Below, piece after piece: positions 46,401 to 54,857 of a DNA stretch of 64,000 nt. Every line of letters begins with the position of its first letter. The stretch's first letter is position 1. Below the pieces are notes generated by a model. The model made no database searches and was not told where the DNA came from. It was given only the letters and a program-made list of their open reading frames with translations. Location of the stretch: IMG/VR virus record IMGVR_UViG_3300024259_000011; one strand, 5' to 3'. Position numbers and translations under genes: made by a program. Source of the stretch: a virus. Lineage: Duplodnaviria; Caudoviricetes.

Positions 46401-48800
46401 TTCAAACGCCGCATCAGTATTAATAGCAAAGACATCTCCGCTATCGTCAACGCCTATAACACTCTTGAGAGTGGAGTGCCCAAAGGTGATAGTTCTGTCT
46501 GCGCCATCAGCATCACCGCCGATCACCGCGTTGCTGGTAGCAGTGAGCAAGCCATCAACGTTAAGCGCAGCTTCGGCATGAACCTCATCTGTAAAGTGAG
46601 CAGGTCCGCTTACTTCAAGAGAGCCTGTAACCTGATGTGTGTCCTCGGCGGTTGAACCAAGCACGCTTGAGCCAGAAGTGTTGAGCGCCCACGTATACAT
46701 GTGAGAGGTAAAGATGCTGCTCTGGGTATCGACACCGCCTGAACCGGTAATCGTATTATAGAATGTAACAACGTCTGTTGGTCCATTACCTAATCTTGCG
46801 TGCCCGTCTGCGCTGAAGATACCTTCTGCGTGAACTTCGCTAGAAAAGTGTGCTGGTCCGCTGACTTCAAATGAGCCTGTTACCTGATGGCTAGTAGCAC
46901 CAACATCGCCCAAGATGGTTGAACCTGAAACGTATAGATAACCGGAAGTCTCAAATCCTGTTGGCGAGTATATTCTTGGCGTAGCGCCATCACTGGAAGA
47001 AGCGTAGTTTGACCTGTCAACTGTGACGCCGTATGCGGTACCAGAGACATAAAGATCATTTGTATAAAGATGCTCGACCTTCACATCATGGGAAGCAGTC
47101 ATGCCGCCAGTGAGTGTGATTGCCGGTGTTGAGCCAGAGTTAGATATCGACAACGTAGTAAGACCGGGACGTGCTCCGTCACCGATGTTGTGGATGGAAA
47201 GGGAGCCAGAGAATTCAGCATTGTTGCCTACAAACTTGGCTGCATGAATCTCGCCTGAACCAGATACTGGTCCGAGAGTACCTGAAATGTGTACCATTTC
47301 TGCGGGACCGCTGCCTGATGCTGCAGCTTGAACATGGAAAACCTTATCGTTTGTGTCACCGTCTACAATGAAGTCAACGTCTGCGTTGCCGCTGTTGATC
47401 TTAACGAAGTCTTGGGTGCCGTCTTCGGTCATGTTGATCATTCTTACGTTACCGGCGCGAATGTCAATTGAATCGTCGGCGAAGATGATTTTAGTATCAG
47501 AGTCGCCGATGTGACTGATGGTAGCCGCGACGAGAAGTTCGCCAGAAACAACAGCGTCGGTGCTTACTTCAAGAGAGCCTGTGATTTCCACGGCGCCATC
47601 GCTGCCGATCTCGACGCGCTTGGAGAGGCTTGTGCTTCCGTCTGGAGTTGTCCAGAAACTGAGGTTTCCTGCCGCGCTGCTGCCATCAGTCCAAGCGGCT
47701 TCGTCAACTCGGGCGGCGATTGCTGCACCAGCATAATATGTTCCGGTTTCAGTCTCCGCGCCTCTGAAGTAGATTTCTCCTAAGTAATCACCTTCAGCAA
47801 GCGTGCCATCGGTGTAGTGTTGGAAGTCCATCTGCGGAGCGTCTGCCGCTGTGGTGTCGCGACTTTGAAGGACGAGCCTACCTTTATTAGATGTGCCCGG
47901 GCGGATACGAAGCACTCCGTCGCCGTCGAAGCTGAAAGCATCTCCTTGGATATGTACCATATCGGAACCGGCATCCACAAAAATCGAGCCCGTCTGGTTG
48001 TCACTCTCTACTCGGAAGTCTACGTCAGCGCCACCCTCGTTGAAGACGGTAATATCTTGTGAGCCATCTTCTGTGATTTTGATGAAGTCAACGCCGCCTG
48101 CTTGAATATTAATATCATCGGCTTGGAATCGAATGAATGTGTTTAGATCGCCTTGGTGGTAAATATATTCTGAAGCTTGAACGGCTGCTGAGAATACGGC
48201 AGTGTTGCTTACTTCAAATGAGCCTGTAATCTGGTGGGTCGTATTGGCGTCGGCACCTTTGATACTTGAACCGGATACACGCAAGTCATTGAGAATGGCT
48301 TTATTAACGTGGACATCGCCATCGCCGGTCACGTTGCCCCCAGCAGCATCAGCCGCACCGGTGATAGTATGGTGGAACGTCATGTAATCGCCAAAGCTGG
48401 ATGAGCTTTGAACGTGCAGCGCCTCAGAACCTGATATTTCGCGGGACACCCAGAGACTACCGCTTGTCATGTGCTGGTCGTCGTTTGAGTTACCGAAAGT
48501 CGTCGAGCCGGAATGGGCAATCTGCGTGGAGGTGATCTCTCGAATCGTATAGTTGTCCGCATAGATCGTACCGGACACGTATAAGGCACCGGTAACAGTG
48601 AGAACACTGCCGGAACCGGGACCACCTTGGTTTGTTAAATCGTTTGGTTGAAAAGTAAGGTCGTTAGAACCGGAGAACTTTCCCGGGATAAGACTGTCCG
48701 CGCCGTAGCGGAACTGTACTGAAGTCTCAGGACCATCGGCAGATGCGGATGCGCGCTGTGGGTCGATATACGCCCAGCCATAATCATCGGGTGGAGCCAC
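43482..48800 (-). CDS. long repeat-rich fibre protein (1772 aa) with C-terminal intramolecular chaperone/autoproteolytic-like domain
   Basis: Six HQ[IV]TGS[FL]EVS repeats, three copies of a roughly 95-aa module, C-terminus STFTGQH...NALGEGQV.V...GDYICSS...QDDDLLHNYTVAKAT...CTYHCG. Confidence 0.8.
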   Translation of the reverse strand: MAPPDDYGWAYIDPQRASASADGPETSVQFRYGADSLIPGKFSGSNDLTFQPNDLTNQGGPGSGSVLTVTGALYVSGTIYADNYTIREITSTQIAHSGSTTFGNSNDDQHMTSGSLWVSREISGSEALHVQSSSSFGDYMTFHHTITGAADAAGGNVTGDGDVHVNKAILNDLRVSGSSIKGADANTTHQITGSFEVSNTAVFSAAVQASEYIYHQGDLNTFIRFQADDINIQAGGVDFIKITEDGSQDITVFNEGGADVDFRVESDNQTGSIFVDAGSDMVHIQGDAFSFDGDGVLRIRPGTSNKGRLVLQSRDTTAADAPQMDFQHYTDGTLAEGDYLGEIYFRGAETETGTYYAGAAIAARVDEAAWTDGSSAAGNLSFWTTPDGSTSLSKRVEIGSDGAVEITGSLEVSTDAVVSGELLVAATISHIGDSDTKIIFADDSIDIRAGNVRMINMTEDGTQDFVKINSGNADVDFIVDGDTNDKVFHVQAAASGSGPAEMVHISGTLGPVSGSGEIHAAKFVGNNAEFSGSLSIHNIGDGARPGLTTLSISNSGSTPAITLTGGMTASHDVKVEHLYTNDLYVSGTAYGVTVDRSNYASSSDGATPRIYSPTGFETSGYLYVSGSTILGDVGATSHQVTGSFEVSGPAHFSSEVHAEGIFSADGHARLGNGPTDVVTFYNTITGSGGVDTQSSIFTSHMYTWALNTSGSSVLGSTAEDTHQVTGSLEVSGPAHFTDEVHAEAALNVDGLLTATSNAVIGGDADGADRTITFGHSTLKSVIGVDDSGDVFAINTDAAFESVNDLEINAAGLVTLGGALSVGGGDITVGADADGTDRTITFGHSTLKSIMGIDDSGDVFAINTDAAFESVNDLEINSAGLVTLKSLTVQGATIHGAASGDTHQVTGSLEVSGPAHFTDEVHAEAAFNVDGALTAASTAQIDGLLTATGGAVLGNASGDTHQVTGSFEVSGPSNFTSVVNAEGPLFVYGLLTATGNAVLGNNPADTHQVTGSFEVSGPSNFTSATAHEAGLTSTTLSASSTLSALGGAHLGGTLTMDGAGIVFNVDTNAGTVNLQVNDGAGADTAITLGKNGKVTKIGDDTPTDGQVLSWDALGGKVAWSDGTTPDMSGSDNHYTSTEFRTSGLLKVSGSSTLAGGITANGHATFNEAGADVNFRVETSVASGSFKVDGGTGDIHLGGDTVTYDHSEGSILIRPGTTDQGTLILASRDGTSADDAQLDFRRYTDGSFADGDNLGIIQFKGAETEDGTYYPAAGIMAEVDEASWSDGSSTAGRLLFFTTADGATSLSTALMIDSAKEATFYGDVTVSNADITANTLYASNGVTHNGDTNTGMNFTTDQIDLVCGGITMLTLDETTTNAVHFFAGSGSGGGTIYESGNLKVDGDLYLGGGNIRNPVGNTMISFGTDDNIDYLAEITADVTIHTADAAQLKLVSDAGQSSVDFYGRGDSMASGDNIGALRFYGTEDDGEANSALAATMIVETAETYWNIGASLGTKMRFQVGRDASTSLYDGLCIDGSVANSAYPFVGVGTTSPDAKFHIVDPIARSEGTLRISNTDTSLATSDTIVNIRSADSTFGVSNYWIKFFDSTTGATVGTINSEVAYSTFTGQHPTPLPSGSALQEGVIIASTGQLAFDGGLSNAWVSTQVTTAAKDKAVVGVYRGFNVPAEDSYMGEDQHVYNALGEGQVLVTDQNGNIETGDYICSSDRAGHGMLQDDDLLHNYTVAKATTPIDFSTVDVDSELGFKSALVPCTYHCG
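46026..46628. repeat. nested DNA duplications inside the long fibre gene
   Basis: 63-nt identical copies at 46026 and 46566 (540 nt apart); 56-nt identical copies at 46186 and 46390 (204 nt apart). Confidence 0.85.
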
Positions 48801-49167
48801 TAGTGTTTCCCCCCTTCGCTCTCTGTCGGCGTAACTTGCTTTGGCGCTTGAGGCGAGCTTCTTTCTTACGCTCTGCCTTCTTCCTTAGCCTTTCAGCCTC
48901 GCGGATAGAGGCGGCACGTTTAATTCTTTTCGCTTCGGAGGGTTTCGTATAATATTGTCTTTCGCGGATCTCTTCAACAATGCGTTCTTTTTTACACTTG
49001 CGTATAAATCTCTTGATTGCTTTTTCGATTGGTTCGTTTTTTCGAGGCACAACAGTAACGTTCGCCTGCACGGGCGGACCCGGCGCATACTCTCGCTCTC
49101 GTTGGCGATTATTATTACGTCTCCGACCATTGTTTTTATTGTAATTGTTGTTTCTACGAAACGCCAT
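48784..49167 (-). CDS. rpsU: ribosomal protein bS21 with basic N- and C-terminal extensions
   Basis: VTVVPRKNEPIEKAIKRFIRKCKKERIVEEIRERQYYTKPSEAKR matches the bS21 consensus (E..E.AL.RF.R...K.G...E.R.R..YEKPS). Confidence 0.88.
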   Translation of the reverse strand: MAFRRNNNYNKNNGRRRNNNRQREREYAPGPPVQANVTVVPRKNEPIEKAIKRFIRKCKKERIVEEIRERQYYTKPSEAKRIKRAASIREAERLRKKAERKKEARLKRQSKLRRQRAKGGNTSGSTR

Positions 49168-49178
49168 CTGTGTACCTA

Positions 49179-49634
49179 CTATGCATCAGTGCCGGCAGGT
49201 GCCTCAGTCAAACCAGAGCCGGTTAGAGCATACATTCTGCCAACTGGAATTCCCGTGAGTTCTGCGAACACCCTATAATGTGCCGTACTGCTTCCCGGGT
49301 TAGAAACATAAATCTCAGTACACTTGCAGTTTAATTCTAGGACCGCTTGTGAACCAGATACTGGGTGAACCTCAAGCATGTGTTGACCGCCATAGCCGCT
49401 AGCCAAGCCGCCGGCGACATCGCCAGCAGAACCGGTAGAGTTGAAATGCACGTTCAATGTTTGTGCCGAGTAATTGTAAATTGTAACTTTTTTTGCAACC
49501 CACGGAAACTGATAACATACCTCGTTATCTGCTGGGTGCGAGTCTGAGCCTGAAACCCAAGGATCACCGGAGACTCTGTATGAGCCAACGTTGTGAAGTC
49601 CTACTCCGTAGTTGAATGAGCTATTGTCTGCCAT
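49179..49634 (-). CDS. hypothetical protein, likely virion-associated
   Basis: 151-aa beta-rich ORF behind an ACTATTTAT motif and GGAAAGGA SD. Confidence 0.65.
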   Translation of the reverse strand: MADNSSFNYGVGLHNVGSYRVSGDPWVSGSDSHPADNEVCYQFPWVAKKVTIYNYSAQTLNVHFNSTGSAGDVAGGLASGYGGQHMLEVHPVSGSQAVLELNCKCTEIYVSNPGSSTAHYRVFAELTGIPVGRMYALTGSGLTEAPAGTDA

Positions 49635-49669
49635 TTTTTATATTCCTTTCCTTCGATAAATAGTATTGA

Positions 49670-50089
49670 CTAAATGAATTTGCCCCAAGAGTCGCCTGCA
49701 ATATTTAAGATTCCATCAATATTAACACCCGGGTCGTTTGGAGCTATGCCACCAAGAGGGCTCCCGGGCTTGGGTTCTCCGGACGGAGCGGTGGTATTAG
49801 CCATCGCTTCTGTTCCTTCAAAAATGTTAACACCGCCGTAGGCATCCTTGTTGATTGACTCAATAAGATCCTGTCGCGCCTGAACTCGACCCGGGCTTGG
49901 TGCCGGATAGGGTTTTTGTGGTGGCTTGGTAGTAGAGGCAGCTTTCTGCTCTACCAATGAGGACGCGCCAGTAAGCCCCTGTGCAACCTCAGAGATAATA
50001 CCAGACAAAACCCCATCTTCAAACATGACTTCTTTAATGCATTCTTTGATCAGGGGTTTGAGCACAGCCTTTAGTTCGGCTTTGTTCAT
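49670..50089 (-). CDS. hypothetical protein (LKPLIKECIKEV N-terminus)
   Basis: 139-aa ORF in the head module with SD. Confidence 0.65.
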   Translation of the reverse strand: MNKAELKAVLKPLIKECIKEVMFEDGVLSGIISEVAQGLTGASSLVEQKAASTTKPPQKPYPAPSPGRVQARQDLIESINKDAYGGVNIFEGTEAMANTTAPSGEPKPGSPLGGIAPNDPGVNIDGILNIAGDSWGKFI

Positions 50090-50090
50090 A

Positions 50091-50465
50091 TTACTCCCCT
50101 TCAGGTGCCGGAAGCGGAGCTTCCTCGTTTCCAGCGACTTTAACGCCCATCTCTTGAGCCAGTGCCAGCATCATTTCAGAAGGAGACATGCCAAGTGCCT
50201 CGGACGCTGCGTCCAAAACAGGTGTCGCTTCGCCTTCGCCCCTTGCAGCAACTCTGCCGCCAACGGTAGCGCGTTGATATGCGGGTCGTTCTCTGTGAGA
50301 TCCGTGTCTGCCTCCGGGCATGCCCATTCCGCCAAGACCAATCTCTTCGATCTTCTCGTCGTCATCGGCACCCTCAGTGGTGACTTCTTCCTCGTCCTCT
50401 TCGTTCATAACTGACTCTAGTTCCTCAAGGATAATAGCCTTGAGCCTTGCCTTAGTGATTTTCAT
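50091..50465 (-). CDS. acidic hypothetical protein (MKITKARLKAIILEEL leader), possible internal head protein
   Basis: Follows the prohead protease gene; N-terminal basic helix ending in I-L-E-E. Confidence 0.65.
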   Translation of the reverse strand: MKITKARLKAIILEELESVMNEEDEEEVTTEGADDDEKIEEIGLGGMGMPGGRHGSHRERPAYQRATVGGRVAARGEGEATPVLDAASEALGMSPSEMMLALAQEMGVKVAGNEEAPLPAPEGE

Positions 50466-50471
50466 TTCGTT

Positions 50472-51080
50472 TTACTCCTCAACGATTTCATTTAATAAGC
50501 GGTTAATCTTGTCCGCTTTAGTAAGAATGTTTGGTTCTTCATAACTCTTGCCTTCACTTAGTCCCATGAAGGCGTCGGGAGTTGAGGGCTCTGATACAAA
50601 GTCAAAGCAGATTAATTGAAAATCATCTTCGACCATGGTGCGCCCTTGCGACTCACTGACCGAACCCAGCCCGCGAGAAGAAATCCCCAACTTGACACCA
50701 TCATTAACAAGCTCTCGTAAGATCTTGCCCGATGGTGTACCTAAAATTTTGACCTTTCCCATAACCGAAGGTCCGTCCCACCACACATCAGTGACCATGT
50801 GGGAGGCGTTCTTAAGGTTAATAACAGAATCCTCAGGGTGGTCTAGTTCCCCAAGGGCTCTTTTCTCTTTTACCAACTTCTGGTAATTCTTCATCTCTCT
50901 TTCTAGGATTCTCCTAGGATAGACACGTCCATTACCATTCTGAACATCTGCTTCTTGCAGCTTGCCAGAGAGCATCATACCGCCATTTCCGATATAGATC
51001 TTCTCCTCTTCCGTCAGGAGATCCTGACAGACGCCGCCTTCGCATAGTTCATAATATTCTCGTAAAAGTATTTTCTTCAT
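50472..51080 (-). CDS. prohead protease (T4 gp21-like)
   Basis: QNGNGRVYP, ALGELDHP, KNASH, GTPSG, GISSRGLGS, FDFVSEPSTPDAF. Confidence 0.93.
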   Translation of the reverse strand: MKKILLREYYELCEGGVCQDLLTEEEKIYIGNGGMMLSGKLQEADVQNGNGRVYPRRILEREMKNYQKLVKEKRALGELDHPEDSVINLKNASHMVTDVWWDGPSVMGKVKILGTPSGKILRELVNDGVKLGISSRGLGSVSESQGRTMVEDDFQLICFDFVSEPSTPDAFMGLSEGKSYEEPNILTKADKINRLLNEIVEE

Positions 51081-51120
51081 AATATTTCTCTAATAAGGTG
51101 ACGGGCGTTACCCGCCCGAT

Positions 51121-51189
51121 TCAGCAGCCCTTCTTGCAGTTACGCACTGGCTGAAGCATCCACTTCGCTGTCCAGATATCTGTATCCAT
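51121..51189 (-). CDS. 22-codon small ORF MDTDIWTAKWMLQPVRNCKKGC (not in track)
   Basis: ATG overlaps the upstream TAA (TAATG) with GGAAGGGAG SD; ends in TGA followed by a GC hairpin. Confidence 0.55.
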   Translation of the reverse strand: MDTDIWTAKWMLQPVRNCKKGC

Positions 51190-51491
51190 TATTGCTCCCT
51201 TCCTATTTGTATGCCATTGTCGCCAAACATCGTACTTAGGATGTATGATGTGGCGGATGAGACACAGCCGCAAATAAGTAAATTAGCAACCGTATACTCA
51301 AACGTAAATAGTTCTGTATTGTAGTTAACGCCATACAAAAATACACCAACCCAGAAGCCAACACACATGGGGCAATGAAATAAATCGCCCCAGAATCCAA
51401 CTAAGGGTCTTACTCGATCAAAAATCTTGCCATAAACGATAATCTGGGTCATCCCATATGCCGCTAGGCAAAACCAAAGTAACTGATACAT
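51189..51491 (-). CDS. small membrane protein with CxxCxGFW motif (DUF1360-like)
   Basis: LFHCPMCVGFWVG and three hydrophobic segments. Confidence 0.65.
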   Translation of the reverse strand: MYQLLWFCLAAYGMTQIIVYGKIFDRVRPLVGFWGDLFHCPMCVGFWVGVFLYGVNYNTELFTFEYTVANLLICGCVSSATSYILSTMFGDNGIQIGREQ

Positions 51492-51500
51492 TTACACCTC

Positions 51501-52076
51501 TTATGCTCTGTAAAATCTATTATGCATATATGCGTTGCGATAAATGCCGGGGCGGATTGAGCCCTTCTCTCGCTTGTGTGGAACTTCGCCAAGCTCTGTA
51601 GAGTCTTCACCATCAGGGTTTGTCAATGCCTCTTCTTCTTGTTCATCAAACATGCGTTGATACATGAAGCGGGGAGCCTCTTCTTCCATAAACTTTGTAA
51701 TATTCAAAACTGCAACCTGTACGCCGTCCACGCCGTCATCTGCGGCGTCTTCTATTGTGCCTTGCATGGCACCGTATACATTTCCACCTTGAACAGTTTC
51801 TCTGGCTATGACGCCTTTCTTTACCAGATAATCAAATAGCCGGCTCTGTGCATCGTATACCATGTCGTTGACCTCATCCTTCGCGAAAGCGATTACGGAC
51901 TGACTCTTTCCGGAAATGATAATATCAATGTCTTCATGATCGTAAACAACTAAGTCGCCACCCAGAGTCTTGCGAACATCTAAGGAGACAGTCGCTTGGG
52001 TTTCCCTATTAGTATCGACGCGGTTTTCTTCATCGAACTCATCGCCTTGCCCAACTTTGATTACAATCTCTGCCAT
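51501..52076 (-). CDS. acidic hypothetical protein
   Basis: 191-aa ORF translationally coupled to the upstream gene. Confidence 0.7.
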   Translation of the reverse strand: MAEIVIKVGQGDEFDEENRVDTNRETQATVSLDVRKTLGGDLVVYDHEDIDIIISGKSQSVIAFAKDEVNDMVYDAQSRLFDYLVKKGVIARETVQGGNVYGAMQGTIEDAADDGVDGVQVAVLNITKFMEEEAPRFMYQRMFDEQEEEALTNPDGEDSTELGEVPHKREKGSIRPGIYRNAYMHNRFYRA

Positions 52077-52891
52077 TAGCTGTTAATCTCCGCTGCTAGT
52101 TCTTGAATCTTCATGATTTGCATGAGCATATCACGGTCGATCTGGCGTTGTGAAAAGCCGTTCAAGGTTGCCATGACCTTATTTGTCTTGGCAAGCATTT
52201 TGGTGTCGCCGGAGATCTCATTAAGTGAGCGTGAGTCGCCCACAACATTCTTAAGCCTAGCTAACTCTTCGTTCAAGAACATCTTAAGCGCAACACCATT
52301 GTCAGAGAACGAAACAATGTATGCGCTCAGCAGATTGTTCTGCTCAACGCGCAATGTTTGCGAATACTGATCATTAAACTTCTTCACGAAGGTCTGATAA
52401 ACAATATTATCAATTGGTTTTGTATTCTCAGTCAGTGCTTCGACTGAAGAATTCATTTTGCTCAGAACCTTGTTCTCTAAGAGGGTACGCCTCTTGATAG
52501 TGGTTCTTGTATCAAAGATCTGTGCGATAGTCGCAAGGTCTTTGTAGTTAGGCACAAACGTAGTAAACGTGTCCTTGCCCAGTTCTCTGTTGATGGTGCC
52601 AATAAGCTGCGACTGCTGCTCAAACGCCTCTTCTTGATTCAAAGCGCTGTAAACTCGCTTGACTTCCAAAAGAAGCTTCTCTGCAGTCATCTCATTGACA
52701 TCCGTAGTCTCGTATAGGGTTCTGTAGAGTTCAAGTTCAAGCCCCAGAGTTGTATCACGCCTAAAGAACTCTTTCATGATGGATACTATCTTTCGTTTCC
52801 GAACAACATCCTTGTTCACTACGCTGATGGTTAATTCTCTCACTAACGTTTCATATAAAAACGCTGTATTTCTTTTTTTGTTATGCTTCAT
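52076..52891 (-). CDS. helical hypothetical protein downstream of portal
   Basis: Likely start MKHNKKRNTAFLYE at 52891. Confidence 0.7.
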   Translation of the reverse strand: MKHNKKRNTAFLYETLVRELTISVVNKDVVRKRKIVSIMKEFFRRDTTLGLELELYRTLYETTDVNEMTAEKLLLEVKRVYSALNQEEAFEQQSQLIGTINRELGKDTFTTFVPNYKDLATIAQIFDTRTTIKRRTLLENKVLSKMNSSVEALTENTKPIDNIVYQTFVKKFNDQYSQTLRVEQNNLLSAYIVSFSDNGVALKMFLNEELARLKNVVGDSRSLNEISGDTKMLAKTNKVMATLNGFSQRQIDRDMLMQIMKIQELAAEINS

Positions 52892-54854
52892 TCTTTTTTG
52901 ACTCCAATCTCTGCAAGCTCTCAATCAAATGTTGAGTTTCGGAATGGCTGGCTTGAACTTTTCGTTCTTCGGTGTAATTAGGTTCGACATTCTCCGAAAG
53001 CCCATTTCCAAGTCGTGTCAGGTCACTCATTCCTTTAAAAATGTTTCTTGTTGAGTTGCTGGCAATCGACATACCCGAATCTGCATGGTAACTGCGCTTT
53101 CTTGCGCCGGCTCCACGGGAGTCACTAGCAACAGGGTAATATACCTTGCCCTTAGAGCCCGGTGTAACGTATCCTCCGTCATCACGGTGTCCCGGTGCCG
53201 CCAATAGCGCGGTTTCTTCTTCTTCACCGCCCATCTCTTCGCCACCTTCTTCACCGCCGAGGTCCATTTCCTCGCCTTCCATGTCGCCGCCAAGGTCACC
53301 GCCTAGATCACCTAAGCCGCCCTCTTCTCCGCCTAGTTCGCCGCCTAGTTCGCCACCAAGACCGCCGGCGGCGTCATCCTCAGCGGGAGGTTCGGCTGCA
53401 GCCTCAAGCATCGCCTGCATCTTCTTATCATAGAACATTTCACGCTGGTTACGCAAGAATTCTTCGTCAGACATGCCAAGTAAGTTCTCGGAGACCCAAC
53501 GCCGGCTGAAAAAGCCTTCGGTTGCCGCCGATGCAACATCAAACTTGGTCCTCCAGTGTTCTAGTTCTTGCAACTCCGCAATCTTGGATGGATTATTAAG
53601 CTGGAGCTTGAAAGAAATGAGGTCATCGCCCCTGAACCCTAATGTGAACAAGTGAATGATGCCAACTTTCTCCAACTCGGAGATCATAGAGCGCTGCAGC
53701 CGAGTGATGGTGCGCGCAAAGCGGATATCCTTCTGTGCTAAAGTCGTCTTGTCTTCCTCACCGCCTTCGCCGCGTGAAAGATAGGACATTGGAATCTTTA
53801 GAGCAGAGAATAGCTTATCACGTAGGTACTTAACATCATCAATATCGCCAGTGTACGTTCCACCGGGCAAAGACTCAACTCGACTAGACTCTTGACCGCG
53901 AACAGGGATGAAGTAGTCTTCATCAATGCTCATTGGGTTATACCGAAGGTCTACTCGACCGGTGGTGGGGTCAACAACTTGGTTTCTCTTCATCTGAGTC
54001 GTGACTTTCTGCATAAACTGTTCTACATCGTGCGGAGGGATGTTACCAACGTCAATATAGAACACTCGGCGCTCTGGAGAGCGCACAATTCGGTATGCCA
54101 TCATCGCATCTTCAAGCAAAGTAAGCTGGCGCCAGATTCGGCGGGCTCCTTCAAGCACTGAAGTGCCATATGGGGCGAACTTATCATTGCCAAGGATACG
54201 GAAGTGTGCAACCTGCCAGTTTTCAAAGGTTAATCCACCCGAGTTCCACTGGTATTGTACATAATTGGGGTTGGTCTTGTCTTCACCTTCCAATCTTTCA
54301 AGCTCTTCCAGTGGAATGCCCACGGCGTTCTTGATTCCATGTGTCTCATCGATGTCCAAGTATAAAAAGTAGTCACCGAACTTACACATTGTACGGCACC
54401 AACCAAAAAGGTTAGAGTCTAGGTTCAGGATCTTATGGTATAGGTTGTCCAACACAACTTTAATCTCGTCGTTGGAGCAATTAATCTTCAGCAAGGGGCT
54501 GAGGATTGTGGAGGTGGTCATCTCATCTGCATAAATATCTAAAGCAGATGCAATCTCGGGCATGTACTCCATCTGATCAAAGTCAAGATAGCGCTCTTGA
54601 CGATTTTGGTTTGCCATCACTTGGGCGCTGAGGTTGTCGTACGGGTTGTAGGACGTTCTCTTAAAGTTCAAGCCGCCGGCAGACGTAAAGTTGAACTTGT
54701 CTAGCTGTGCGCGCCGATAGCGCCGCTGCATTTGCACGCGGCGATTAACAATCGGACCAGAGAGCAATCGAGTCAGGCGCTTGAACAGCGGCGACTCTGG
54801 ATTACGTGGATTTTTCAAGTTTGGATTTGATTTTTTGGAGTTTTGTTGAGCCAT
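52881..54854 (-). CDS. portal protein (T4 gp20-like)
   Basis: PEIASALDIYADE, KFGDYF, PYGTSVLE, LEDAMM.YRI.RSPERRVFYIDVGN, EDYFIP.RG, LPGG. Confidence 0.95.
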   Translation of the reverse strand: MAQQNSKKSNPNLKNPRNPESPLFKRLTRLLSGPIVNRRVQMQRRYRRAQLDKFNFTSAGGLNFKRTSYNPYDNLSAQVMANQNRQERYLDFDQMEYMPEIASALDIYADEMTTSTILSPLLKINCSNDEIKVVLDNLYHKILNLDSNLFGWCRTMCKFGDYFLYLDIDETHGIKNAVGIPLEELERLEGEDKTNPNYVQYQWNSGGLTFENWQVAHFRILGNDKFAPYGTSVLEGARRIWRQLTLLEDAMMAYRIVRSPERRVFYIDVGNIPPHDVEQFMQKVTTQMKRNQVVDPTTGRVDLRYNPMSIDEDYFIPVRGQESSRVESLPGGTYTGDIDDVKYLRDKLFSALKIPMSYLSRGEGGEEDKTTLAQKDIRFARTITRLQRSMISELEKVGIIHLFTLGFRGDDLISFKLQLNNPSKIAELQELEHWRTKFDVASAATEGFFSRRWVSENLLGMSDEEFLRNQREMFYDKKMQAMLEAAAEPPAEDDAAGGLGGELGGELGGEEGGLGDLGGDLGGDMEGEEMDLGGEEGGEEMGGEEEETALLAAPGHRDDGGYVTPGSKGKVYYPVASDSRGAGARKRSYHADSGMSIASNSTRNIFKGMSDLTRLGNGLSENVEPNYTEERKVQASHSETQHLIESLQRLESKKNEA

Positions 54855-54857
54855 TTG

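Noticed and set aside
45700-46700. Fibre repeats as a diversity-generating retroelement TR/VR pair
   Set aside because: Copies are in-frame coding duplications with no visible adenine-specific mismatch pattern, and no reverse transcriptase gene is in the window.
51304-51313. AACTATTTAC late-type motif inside the DUF1360-like gene
   Set aside because: It falls on codons GAA CTA TTT ACG, over 100 nt from the next start, so it cannot be separated from coding coincidence.
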